Positions 36,825 to 45,415 of a DNA stretch of 64,000 bases are shown here, in pieces. Within the stretch, counting starts at the first letter, position 1. Every line of letters begins with the position of its first letter. The notes under the pieces were generated by a model. It worked only from the letters and a program-made list of their open reading frames with translations. It was not told where the DNA came from and ran no database searches. Position numbers and translations under genes: made by a program. This DNA is from Candidatus Binataceae bacterium (lineage in GTDB: Bacteria > Desulfobacterota > Binatia > Binatales > Binataceae), in NCBI GenBank assembly GCA_035508495.1, contig DATJMX010000030.1:33894-97893 (forward strand). The letters run 5' to 3'.

Positions 36825-37472
36825 GTGCGTTCGATTCTGATTGCCGCCAAGGAACTCGATCACGCCAAGACGCGGCTTGCGCCCGCATTGCCGCCAGGAG
36901 AGCGGCGCGTCCTGGCCGAGGCGATGTTCCGCGACGTGCTCGCAGCGTCGCTGGCTTCGCGCGTGGCCGACCAGGTTGCAGTGATCACATCGGATCGATT
37001 GCTGCTCGAAGTTGCGCGCGCGGCCGGCGCGTACACGATCGATGAGGAATATCCGCGCGGGCTTAATGTTGCGGTTGGGATAGGGACGGCCCATCTCGCC
37101 AACCTCGGCGCGGATACGGTCTGTACGGTGCTGTCAGATATCCCGATGATCACTGGCGACGATATCGACGACGCCTTCCACGCGATGCCGCCCGCCGGGG
37201 CGGGCGTGGTGCTGGTGCCGTCGCGCGATTTCTCAGGGACCAACGTGATCGTGCGATCGCCCGCGGGCGTGGTGCGCACCCGCTTTGGCCGGATGAGCCT
37301 CGTCAAGCATCGCGAGGACTGCCGCAATCGCGGCGTTCCCTGCGAAGTTTTGCGCCTGATGCGGCCGGCGCTGGACCTTGACCTGACGACCGATCTCGCG
37401 GAGTTTGTACGTGCCGGCACGACGACGCATACGCACAACCATCTTGCCCGCCTCGGAATTGCCCATCACTGA
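36825..37472 (+). CDS. cofC: 2-phospho-L-lactate guanylyltransferase (coenzyme F420 biosynthesis, CofC/FbiD family)
   Basis: ILIAAKELDHAKTRLAPAL corresponds to FbiD IIAVKRLAAAKTRLAP; FSGTNVIV, RFGRMSLVKH and DLDLTTDL also correspond to the family blocks (from memory). Confidence 0.7.
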   Translation: MRSILIAAKELDHAKTRLAPALPPGERRVLAEAMFRDVLAASLASRVADQVAVITSDRLLLEVARAAGAYTIDEEYPRGLNVAVGIGTAHLANLGADTVCTVLSDIPMITGDDIDDAFHAMPPAGAGVVLVPSRDFSGTNVIVRSPAGVVRTRFGRMSLVKHREDCRNRGVPCEVLRLMRPALDLDLTTDLAEFVRAGTTTHTHNHLARLGIAHH

Positions 37473-37494
37473 TATTCAAACCGGACCGATATCG

Positions 37495-38265
37495 ATGGTT
37501 GGACTGATCGAGCGCCTCGGCGCCCTGATAATAGATGGGATTCTGGATCTCGGTTATTTCGTACTTTTCCTCGTTTACTCATTGCTGAATATCTTCCTGC
37601 CGCCCTACAAGCCGCGGCTGTGGATTCGCCAGATTCGCATCATCGGCGCCGACTCGACGATGCTGATCGTTCTTATCGGCACCTTCACCGGGATGGTGCT
37701 CGGGCTGCAGGGCTACAACACGCTCAATCGTTTCGGTGCTGCCGGCGCGCTCGGCACGCTCGTCGCGCTCGCGCTCGTGCGCGAGCTGGGTCCCGTGCTC
37801 GCGGCCCTTATGATCGCGGCGCGTTCGGGCTCGGCGATGGCGGCGGAGCTGGGCTCGATGCAGGTGACCGAGCAGGTCGACGCGCTTACCGTGATGGCGA
37901 TCAACCCGGTCCAGTACCTGGTATCACCGCGGATGCTCGCCGGGCTCATAAGCTTTCCGCTTCTCACGACGATATTCGACGTGGTCGGAATCTACGGCGG
38001 CTACCTTGTCGGCGTGAAGCTGATGGGCGCGCCGCGGGGACCGTACTTCAGCGGAATCTCGTCCAACATGGACCTGCATGATATCGCGACCGGTTTCTGG
38101 AAGTCGGTGGTGTTCGGCGTAATCGTGATGTGGGTCTGCTGCTACAAAGGCTACAACGCCGAACGGATGGCGACCGGGGTGAGCCGCGCCACCACCGAGG
38201 CGGTAGTCCTATCAAGTGTGCTGATCCTCGCGTTTGATTATGTTATAGGCGCTATCCTCATCTGA
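37495..38265 (+). CDS. mlaE: phospholipid ABC transporter permease MlaE
   Basis: MlaE/YrbE signature RQIRIIGADSTMLIVLIGTFTGMVLGLQGY...ELGPVLAALMIAARSGSAMAAELGSM. Confidence 0.85.
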   Translation: MVGLIERLGALIIDGILDLGYFVLFLVYSLLNIFLPPYKPRLWIRQIRIIGADSTMLIVLIGTFTGMVLGLQGYNTLNRFGAAGALGTLVALALVRELGPVLAALMIAARSGSAMAAELGSMQVTEQVDALTVMAINPVQYLVSPRMLAGLISFPLLTTIFDVVGIYGGYLVGVKLMGAPRGPYFSGISSNMDLHDIATGFWKSVVFGVIVMWVCCYKGYNAERMATGVSRATTEAVVLSSVLILAFDYVIGAILI

Positions 38266-38266
38266 T

Positions 38267-39076
38267 ATGAGCGGCGGAACCACAAACGGGACCTTTCAGA
38301 ATGGCGCAGTCAGCAACGCGATCGAGGTTCGCGAGCTCTGCCGGCACTTCGGCCGTCAGCAGGTGCTCGATCACCTGTCGCTGGACATTCCCGAAGGCCA
38401 GATCACGACGATCGTGGGACCCTCAGGATGCGGCAAAACCGTGCTGCTCAAGCATCTGAACATGTTGCTGGTCCCCGATTCCGGTACAATTACGATTTAC
38501 GGAACCGACGTGACGCGGCTCGGGAATCGCGGGCGCGACGCGGTCCGCGAAAACCTCGGCATGCTGTTCCAGGCGGGAGCGCTGTTCGATTCGATGACAG
38601 TTTACGACAACGTTTCGTTCCCGCTGGTCGAGAAAACGCGGCTGCCTGAAAACGAGATCCGCAGCCGTGTCGGCGAGACCCTCGCCGCTGTCGGCCTCGA
38701 AGGGATGGAGAACAAGTTCCCCTCGGAAATGAGCGGCGGGATGCAGAAGCGTGCGGCGCTCGCGCGTGCACTCGTGCGGCGGCCCAAAATCCTGATGCTC
38801 GACGAGCCCACTACGGGGCTCGATCCCACACGCACCGGCGCGATCCACGAACTGATCCGCGAAACGCAAAAGAAGTTCAACCTTACGGCCGTGATGGTCA
38901 GTCACGACGTGCCGGCGGTGTTCCAGGTCTCCGATCGCGTCGCGTTTCTCAATCACGGCAAGACTCATCTGAATGGAACCGTCGCGGAGGTGATGGCCGC
39001 CGACGACGCGGTCTTCAAGCGGTTCCTCGCCGGACGTGCCGCCGGCGACGACGACGGCGCCTCGCTCGGGGGCTGA
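38267..39076 (+). CDS. mlaF: phospholipid ABC transporter ATP-binding protein MlaF
   Basis: Walker A GPSGCGKT, signature MSGGMQKRAALARAL, Walker B ILMLDEPTTGLD. Confidence 0.85.
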   Translation: MSGGTTNGTFQNGAVSNAIEVRELCRHFGRQQVLDHLSLDIPEGQITTIVGPSGCGKTVLLKHLNMLLVPDSGTITIYGTDVTRLGNRGRDAVRENLGMLFQAGALFDSMTVYDNVSFPLVEKTRLPENEIRSRVGETLAAVGLEGMENKFPSEMSGGMQKRAALARALVRRPKILMLDEPTTGLDPTRTGAIHELIRETQKKFNLTAVMVSHDVPAVFQVSDRVAFLNHGKTHLNGTVAEVMAADDAVFKRFLAGRAAGDDDGASLGG

Positions 39077-39088
39077 AAAACCATAATC

Positions 39089-39565
39089 ATGTACGCGAGC
39101 CGCACTACTAAAATCCTGGTCACGATTTTCGCACTTGCGGGATTAGCTGCGCTCGTCGTGCTGACGACATCGCTCCGCGGCGTCGCGATCTTCGAGCCGT
39201 CGGGCTACGTGCTCTATACGACCCTTGATCAAGACGCGTCAGGCCTAAAGGCGAACAATCCTGTCGAGTTGAATGGCGTGCTCGTCGGCAAGGTTCTCTC
39301 GGTTCGCCTCAAAGACCTGCGTACGCATCTGGCGCTCCTTATCGACGATGGTGTTCGGATCAATCGGTGCGCAACGGTGAGTCTCAAGACGGAAGACAGC
39401 GTGTTAGTGACGAAGTTCGTTTCGATCGAAAGCCAATCGAACGGGCCGCCACTTATGGCGCACGATACGATCGGCGGGTGTCACGGGCCCGTTGTACTGG
39501 AGCAGGCGATCGGCGCCTATGGGCCCCACGTTGAGCAACATTCGAGCCTGCGACGCGATAGCTAG
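39089..39565 (+). CDS. divergent MlaD paralogue (MCE-domain protein), upstream copy of a tandem duplication
   Basis: Shares MYASRTT...IFALAGLAAL and the MCE-domain N-half with the next gene. The first 21 nt of the two genes are identical (ATGTACGCGAGCCGCACTAC) and the C-terminus has diverged. Confidence 0.55.
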   Translation: MYASRTTKILVTIFALAGLAALVVLTTSLRGVAIFEPSGYVLYTTLDQDASGLKANNPVELNGVLVGKVLSVRLKDLRTHLALLIDDGVRINRCATVSLKTEDSVLVTKFVSIESQSNGPPLMAHDTIGGCHGPVVLEQAIGAYGPHVEQHSSLRRDS

Positions 39566-39583
39566 AGGACGGAACCTACCCTA

Positions 39584-40186
39584 ATGTACGCGAGCCGCAC
39601 TACACAGTTCCTGGTTGGGATCTTCGCGCTGATCGGAGTCGCGGCGCTTATTGTGCTGTCGATCACGCTCGGCAAGGTGCAGATCTTCGCGCCGCCGGGC
39701 TACGTTCTCTATGCCAACTTCGACAATATCTCGGGGCTCAAGGTCGGCGATTCGGTGGACCTTGCCGGCGTGCATATCGGCAAGGTCGCAAGTGTCAGGC
39801 TGAAGGATTTGCGCGCACACGTGACGCTGTTTATCGACCGCGGCGTCGACATCGATAAGGACGCGATCGCCGGCATCAAGACCGAAGGTCTGCTCGGCAA
39901 CAAATACGTATCGATCGCGCTCGGGCCGAGCGACAAGATGCTGACCGATCACGATACGATCCGGCAGACCGAATCAGCCTTCGTGCTCGAGGATGCGATT
40001 GGAACATTGATCAACAACCTCGGTTCGGGCGGGAGCAAGGACTGCAAGGACAAGGATTCCGACAAGCAGGCGAGCAGCGGCGGCCCGGCGTCGGGCGACG
40101 ATATCAGCCTGCCACCCGGCGTCGCCGATTCCAAACCTTCGCCCGCGGCCAAGCCGTCTGCGGCGTCGAAGCCCGGCCAGAAGTGA
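39584..40186 (+). CDS. mlaD: MlaD (MCE-domain periplasmic substrate-binding component) with Lys/Pro/Ala-rich tail
   Basis: MCE domain with GLKVGDSVDLAGVHIGKVASVRL...IKTEGLLGNKYVSIALG. Confidence 0.8.
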   Translation: MYASRTTQFLVGIFALIGVAALIVLSITLGKVQIFAPPGYVLYANFDNISGLKVGDSVDLAGVHIGKVASVRLKDLRAHVTLFIDRGVDIDKDAIAGIKTEGLLGNKYVSIALGPSDKMLTDHDTIRQTESAFVLEDAIGTLINNLGSGGSKDCKDKDSDKQASSGGPASGDDISLPPGVADSKPSPAAKPSAASKPGQK

Positions 40187-40205
40187 GATAACAGCGAGAT
40201 TACAA

Positions 40206-40874
40206 ATGACCAACTTAATGATGAGCGATAAATCTTCGGTTTCACGGCTCCGAGCGATGGTGCGCGTTGCCGCCCTCGCGCTTTGTGCAACGATCCTTGG
40301 AGCCGGCGCGAACACACCAGCCCGGGCCGACGAGCCGATGAGCGTGGTGCAAACCACCGTCAACCAGGCGCTCGAGGTGCTGCGCAACAAATCGATTCCG
40401 CTCCCGCAGCGCCAGGATCAGCTGCGCAAGATCGTCGACGCGACCTTTGACTTCAAGGAAATGGCACGCTCGGCGCTGGGATACCATTGGCGGCAGATCA
40501 CGCCCGACCAACAGCAGGAGTTCACCGACGCCTTCGTCGCGTTCATCCAGGATTCCTACCTCGGCAAGATCAACGAATACACCAACCAGCAGGTGCAGTT
40601 CGTGACGACCAAGAGCCTTGGGCAAGGTTATGCGCAGGTAAACACCGATATAGTCAAGCCGAGCGGCAATGGAGACGCGATTAAGGTCAATTATCTGCTC
40701 GAGCAGGAAGGCTCGAGTTGGAAAATCTACGACGTGACGGTTGACGCGATCAGCATTATCGCGAATTATCGCAACCAATTTAATCGCGTCATGAACAACC
40801 AAGGATACGATACGCTCATCAAGGATCTGAAGAGCAAACAAGCAGCGCTGGCTGCGTCCCTTGCCAACCATTGA
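40206..40874 (+). CDS. mlaC: MlaC (Ttg2D-like periplasmic phospholipid-binding protein)
   Basis: Signal peptide, then QQEFTDAFVAFIQDSYLGKINEYTNQQVQFV...VNYLLEQEGSSWKIYDVTVDAISII. Confidence 0.8.
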   Translation: MTNLMMSDKSSVSRLRAMVRVAALALCATILGAGANTPARADEPMSVVQTTVNQALEVLRNKSIPLPQRQDQLRKIVDATFDFKEMARSALGYHWRQITPDQQQEFTDAFVAFIQDSYLGKINEYTNQQVQFVTTKSLGQGYAQVNTDIVKPSGNGDAIKVNYLLEQEGSSWKIYDVTVDAISIIANYRNQFNRVMNNQGYDTLIKDLKSKQAALAASLANH

Positions 40875-40967
40875 TGGATTCAAGGTGCGCGCCGCGCTAT
40901 GCTGCGGGGTCTGAAATCGGTGGTGGTTGACGCCGACGGTCCTCCATTCAAGGAGAATAGAGCCAAG

Positions 40968-41807
40968 ATGGAACGAGCTGCCAAACTCGCCAAGGGATCC
41001 GCCGCGCTTCGCGCGCTGGTCACCTCGGCATTCGTTGCAGGACTGTTCTGCGCGTCGTCTGCATTCTGCCAGGATGCCGCTCCGATCGCGCAAAACCCCA
41101 CCGCGCAGTCGGCGGCTCAGGCCAAGCCGCTGCCCCCGGGCGAGAACGGAGGACCTCCGGGCGAGAACATGAGCGTGCGCGCCGATCCGCTCGAACCGTT
41201 CAACAGCGCGATGTTTAAATTCAACCTCAAGCTCGACGACTGGGTGCTCCATCCGGTTGCATCGGGCTACGCCTTCATCGCGCCCGAGCCGGTGCGCAAA
41301 AGCGTCGGTCACTTCTTCAACAACGTCGACGTGATCCCACGCCTGGCCAACAATCTCTTCCAGTTGAAGATGGCTGAGGCGGGTGTCGAGGTGGCGCGCT
41401 TCGGAATCAACAGCACACTTGGCGTGGCGGGATTTTTCGATCCAGCCAAGGACTGGTTCGGACTTGACCAGCATGACAACGACTTCGGACTGACGCTGCG
41501 CTACTGGGGCGCGCCGACTGGTCCGTACCTGATGCTGCCGTTTTTTGGTCCATCGACGATCGGCGACACCATCGGCAAAGTCGCCGACGGTGCAATGAAT
41601 CCCATGGACTACTTGCTGCCGTGGTACGTATACATACCGGCGAACGCTGGATGGCGCATTGGCGAGGCGGTGAACTATCGCTCGATGCATCTGAACCAGT
41701 TCGAAGAGGCCGACCGCTATGCGATCGATCTCTACGGCGCGGTGCAGGATGCGTACATGCAGCAGCGCGACAACACGGTGAAGAAGCTCCACGAAGAAGA
41801 GTGGTAA
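40968..41807 (+). CDS. mlaA: MlaA/VacJ-family lipoprotein
   Basis: DPLEPFNSAMFKFNLKLDDWVLHPVASGY and GFFDPAKDWFGLDQHDNDFGLTLRYWG. Start at MERAAKLAKG with AAGGAGAA RBS. Confidence 0.8.
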   Translation: MERAAKLAKGSAALRALVTSAFVAGLFCASSAFCQDAAPIAQNPTAQSAAQAKPLPPGENGGPPGENMSVRADPLEPFNSAMFKFNLKLDDWVLHPVASGYAFIAPEPVRKSVGHFFNNVDVIPRLANNLFQLKMAEAGVEVARFGINSTLGVAGFFDPAKDWFGLDQHDNDFGLTLRYWGAPTGPYLMLPFFGPSTIGDTIGKVADGAMNPMDYLLPWYVYIPANAGWRIGEAVNYRSMHLNQFEEADRYAIDLYGAVQDAYMQQRDNTVKKLHEEEW

Positions 41808-41920
41808 GCTGAATTAGTTTCGACGCTGGCGCGCCGCGAGCGATATGCTCGCGGCGCGCTGTTTTTGGCTCTGCCTCGTATTCGACATGCTCGGAATCAA
41901 CGCCGCCGCCTGGCCAAGGT

Positions 41921-41962
41921 TTCCCTTCCCGGTGCGGGAAGGGGACAGGGGTTAGGTCGTCT
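41921..41962. repeat. single-arm copy of repeat family B (TTCCCTTCCCGGTGCGGGAAGGGGACAGGGGTTAGGTCGTCT)
   Basis: Matches the arms of the elements at 31088-31200 and 58364-58471. Confidence 0.55.
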
Positions 41963-42023
41963 GTCTTGATTCTGACGGAAGGAAGACTCTCGGATTAGTC
42001 CGCTGACAAAGGGAGGCCGTCAA

Positions 42024-42221
42024 ATGAAGACCCTCGGAATCATCATTGTGTTGGCCGGTGTGATGCTCTGCGGCGTTACCGTGCTGCTCGCCGCTCGCGC
42101 CACCGGCGAGAATCAGGTTGCATCAGTCGCCGTATCGTTGGCCTCGATCGGCACGGTGATGGCGGGCGCGGTCGTAATCTGGGCCGCTCGCGGCGGAATT
42201 GACCGCCCACGGTCGGCATAA
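42024..42221 (+). CDS. small hypothetical membrane protein (2 predicted TM helices)
   Basis: 65 aa, hydrophobic, with a possible GGAGG-like RBS (AAGGGAGG); no homology recognised. Confidence 0.3.
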   Translation: MKTLGIIIVLAGVMLCGVTVLLAARATGENQVASVAVSLASIGTVMAGAVVIWAARGGIDRPRSA

Positions 42222-42264
42222 GCGACTGAAACTGGTAGCCAATAATCGCGAAGCCACGCCGCAT

Positions 42265-42292
42265 TGACAGGCTCGGCGCGCTCGGATACTTA
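42265..42292 (+). promoter_or_regulatory. candidate sigma70-like promoter for rplU-rpmA (TTGACA-N16-TACTTA)
   Basis: TTGACA at 42265-42270; a weak -10 follows. Confidence 0.3.
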
Positions 42293-42311
42293 AATTTGTT
42301 CCGGTAGAGAA

Positions 42312-42686
42312 ATGTTTGCAATCGTAAAGACAGGCGGAAAGCAGTATCGCGTCGGCGTCGGCGACCAGATAACGGTCGAGCGGCTCGAGGGTGACGTCGG
42401 CGCTCAAGTTTCCTTGAATGAAGTTCTGGCAGTCGGCGGCGACGCACCTAAGATCGGTACGCCGATCGTTGATGGTGCATCGGTGACGGCGAAGATTGTC
42501 CAGCAGCCGCGCGGCACCAAGGTTATCGTCTTCAAGAAGAAGCGGCGCAAAAATTATCGCCGCAAGCGCGGTCATCGCCAGGAACTTACCGTGCTCAAGA
42601 TCCAGTCGATCTCGGCCGACGGTTCCGAACCGGTCGCATCGAGCTCGAACGAACCCGCGGCTGAAACGCCGCCGAATCAGGAGTAA
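42312..42686 (+). CDS. rplU: 50S ribosomal protein L21
   Basis: [20 protein letters not shown]...VLAVGGD. Confidence 0.9.
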   Translation: MFAIVKTGGKQYRVGVGDQITVERLEGDVGAQVSLNEVLAVGGDAPKIGTPIVDGASVTAKIVQQPRGTKVIVFKKKRRKNYRRKRGHRQELTVLKIQSISADGSEPVASSSNEPAAETPPNQE

Positions 42687-42690
42687 CGCC

Positions 42691-42975
42691 GTGGCTCACA
42701 AGAAAGGCCAAGGCTCTACGCGCAACGGCCGCGACAGTCCCGGACAACGCCGCGGTATCAAGATTTACGACGGCCAGACCGTCAAGGCCGGCAATATCCT
42801 CGTGCGCCAGTGCGGCACCCGGATCCATCCCGGACGCAACGTCGGTCTAGGGCGCGACTACACGATTTACGCGCGCGTCGATGGTGTGGTTAAGTACGAA
42901 CCGCGCGGCGAGAAGCGGCAGGTGAGCGTCGAACCGCTCCCGACCAGCGCCGGAGCAGCCGGGGCCGATGCGTAG
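42691..42975 (+). CDS. rpmA: 50S ribosomal protein L27
   Basis: GTG start, [48 protein letters not shown]. Confidence 0.9.
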   Translation: MAHKKGQGSTRNGRDSPGQRRGIKIYDGQTVKAGNILVRQCGTRIHPGRNVGLGRDYTIYARVDGVVKYEPRGEKRQVSVEPLPTSAGAAGADA

Positions 42976-43008
42976 CGCTTAAGCCGCATCGTAATTTCGA
43001 TCGTCATA

Positions 43009-43040
43009 AGCCCCGCGCACTCCGCGGGGCTTTTCATTTT
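43009..43040 (+). terminator. rho-independent terminator after rpmA
   Basis: AAGCCCCGCGCACTCCGCGGGGCTTTTCATTTT. Confidence 0.55.
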
Positions 43041-43061
43041 CAGACGCCGGAGGATTTCATC

Positions 43062-44087
43062 ATGCGACTCGGTCTCGTTACCGGATATTCAGGTGCCCAG
43101 ATGGGCATGCCGATGGACGTCATTCTCGAGGCGGAAAAATGCGGCTTCGATTCGGTGTGGACCGCGGAGGCCTACGGCTCCGACGCGATCGTGCCGCTCT
43201 CGTGGATCGCCGCGCTCACCAAGAAGATCAAGCTCGGCACCGCGATCATGCAGATGCCGGCGCGCACGCCCGCAATGACAGCCATGACCGCGATGACCCT
43301 CGACGCGCTCTCGGGCGGCCGCTTTATCCTCGGTATCGGCCCATCGGGACCGCAGGTGGTCGAAGGATGGCACGGCGTGCCCTACGGCAAGCCGCTCCAG
43401 CGCACCCGCGAATACATCGATATCGTGCGTATGGTGCTGGCGCGTCAAGTGCCCGTCGAGCATCACGGCAGCGAGTTCCGCATCCCCTATGACGGCCCCG
43501 GCGCGAGCGGCCTCGGCAAGCCGCTCAAAAGCATCCTGCACGGCCGCAAGGACATGCCGATCTACACCGCATCGATCAGCCCCAAGGGAATCGCGCTGGC
43601 GGCTGAGATCGCCGACGGTGTGATCCCGGTCTGGATGAATCCCGAGCGCTTCGATCTTTACGACGGGCCGCTCAAGGAAGGCTTCGCGAAGTCGGGCGGT
43701 AAGAAGTCGATGGCCAACTTCGAGGTCGCGCCGTTCGTGACCTGCGTGATGGGCAACGACGTCGAGAAATGCCGGATGCCGGTGAAGTCGATGCTCGCGC
43801 TGTACATCGGCGGGATGGGCGCGCGCAAAAAGAATTTCTACAACGACTACGCCAAGCGCCTCAACTACGAAGGCGAGGCAGTGGAGATCCAGGACCTGTA
43901 CCTGACCGGCAAAAGAAACGAAGCAATCGCGCTAGTGCCGGACAAGCTTGTCGACGAAGTCGCCTTGGTCGGTCCCAAAGAAAGAATCAAAGAGCGCCTC
44001 GCCGCGTGGAAAGCCTCCCCAGTAAAAAGCATCCTGATCGGGAGCGGCTCGATCGACACGGTGCGAGCGCTCGCGGAGATGGTATAG
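43062..44087 (+). CDS. LLM-class (luciferase-like) F420-dependent oxidoreductase
   Basis: TIM-barrel luciferase-like family with VWTAEAYGSDAIVPLSWIAALTKKIKLGTAIMQMP and RFILGIGPSG; GGAGGA RBS. Confidence 0.7.
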   Translation: MRLGLVTGYSGAQMGMPMDVILEAEKCGFDSVWTAEAYGSDAIVPLSWIAALTKKIKLGTAIMQMPARTPAMTAMTAMTLDALSGGRFILGIGPSGPQVVEGWHGVPYGKPLQRTREYIDIVRMVLARQVPVEHHGSEFRIPYDGPGASGLGKPLKSILHGRKDMPIYTASISPKGIALAAEIADGVIPVWMNPERFDLYDGPLKEGFAKSGGKKSMANFEVAPFVTCVMGNDVEKCRMPVKSMLALYIGGMGARKKNFYNDYAKRLNYEGEAVEIQDLYLTGKRNEAIALVPDKLVDEVALVGPKERIKERLAAWKASPVKSILIGSGSIDTVRALAEMV

Positions 44088-44112
44088 CGACCCAAGTCGC
44101 GAGCGCTCGATC

Positions 44113-44350
44113 TGAATAACCTCGCCCGCAAAGCGGGAGAGGTCGGATGGCGAGGAGCTTGAGATGTCTGAGTTCAAGCTGCTTGCCATCCGGGCGAGGG
44201 TGCAGCGGCGGGAGCGTGCAGGAACTTCTCGCTGCTAACATTCTGCCAGCTTCGAACGCCGCACCCTCACCCGCACGTCACGGCGCATGCGAAAAAAACG
44301 CAACCGCTGCGCCGCGCGACCTCTCCCGCGATGCGGGCGAGGTTATTTGG
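44113..44350. mobile_element. 238-bp MITE-like element (family A) with about 33-bp terminal inverted repeats, inserted between the LLM oxidoreductase and obg
   Basis: Left end TGAATAACCTCGCCCGCAAAGCGGGAGAGGTCG; right end CGACCTCTCCCGCGATGCGGGCGAGGTTATTTGG, whose reverse complement is CCAAATAACCTCGCCCGCATCGCGGGAGAGGTCG. A collapsed copy sits at 14997-15048. Confidence 0.65.
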
Positions 44351-44401
44351 GAAATCGGAGAGGCCCCATACACTCGCAGCAACTATATTGTTCGAACCGC
44401 C

Positions 44402-45415
44402 ATGCGATTTATTGATGAAACTCGGGTTTTTGTTAAGGCCGGCAACGGTGGCAATGGGGCGATTGCGTTCCTGCGCGAGAAATATCGCCCCTTCGGCGGG
44501 CCCTCGGGCGGCGATGGCGGCAATGGCGGCAGCGTCATTATCGAAGTCGATGAGGGCCTCTCGACGCTGCTCGATTTCAAGTACCAGCCGCGCCTTATCG
44601 CGCGCGACGGCGAGTCCGGCCGCGGCAAGCAGCAATACGGCCACTCCGCCGACGATCTCGTCGTGCGCGTGCCGCCTGGCACGATCGCCTTCGACGATGA
44701 AACCGGCGAAGTGCTCGCCGATGTTGTGATGCCCGGCTCGCGCGCCGTGATCGCCGAGGGCGGCAAAGGCGGCGCTGGCAATATGCATTTCGCGACCTCC
44801 ACTCGCCGCGCGCCGCGTATCGCGACTCCCGGCACGGCGGGTGTCCAGCGATGGGTGCGGCTCGAGCTGCGCCTGGTCGCGGAAGTCGGCCTCGTCGGCC
44901 TGCCCAACGCTGGCAAATCGACTCTGCTGCGCGCGCTCACCGCCGCGCGGCCCAAGGTCGCGTCGTATCCGTTCACGACGCTGACGCCGAATCTCGGCCG
45001 CGTGCATATCACTGATGAGGAGAGCTTCTCGATCGCCGATATCCCGGGACTTATCGAAGGTGCGCATCTCGGGCACGGCCTCGGAATCCGATTCCTGAAG
45101 CATCTGTCGCGTACCCGCGTCCTGCTTTACGTTCTCGATATTGCAGACAAGCCTGACGAGGCGTTCAAGACCGTGCGCGGCGAGCTCGAAGCCTTCGACG
45201 CGTCCCTGCTCGGGCGTCCCGCGCTCGTCGCACTCAACAAGATCGATCTCCTGGGCGAAGAAGACATTGCGCGTGCGACGCGCGAGGTTGTATCCGCAAC
45301 GAAACTCGAAGTGGTGACGATCTCCGCCGACAAAAAACTGGGACTCGAACCGCTCGTTGCGCGGCTCGCCACGATGCTGCATGAGTTCGATCAGCCCGCC
45401 ACATGTCCCACCTGA
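44402..45415 (+). CDS. obg: GTPase Obg/CgtA
   Basis: MRFIDETRVFVKAGNGGNGAIAFLREKYRPFGGPSGGDGGNGGSV Obg fold; G-domain GLVGLPNAGKST and DIPGLIEGA. Confidence 0.9.
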   Translation: MRFIDETRVFVKAGNGGNGAIAFLREKYRPFGGPSGGDGGNGGSVIIEVDEGLSTLLDFKYQPRLIARDGESGRGKQQYGHSADDLVVRVPPGTIAFDDETGEVLADVVMPGSRAVIAEGGKGGAGNMHFATSTRRAPRIATPGTAGVQRWVRLELRLVAEVGLVGLPNAGKSTLLRALTAARPKVASYPFTTLTPNLGRVHITDEESFSIADIPGLIEGAHLGHGLGIRFLKHLSRTRVLLYVLDIADKPDEAFKTVRGELEAFDASLLGRPALVALNKIDLLGEEDIARATREVVSATKLEVVTISADKKLGLEPLVARLATMLHEFDQPATCPT

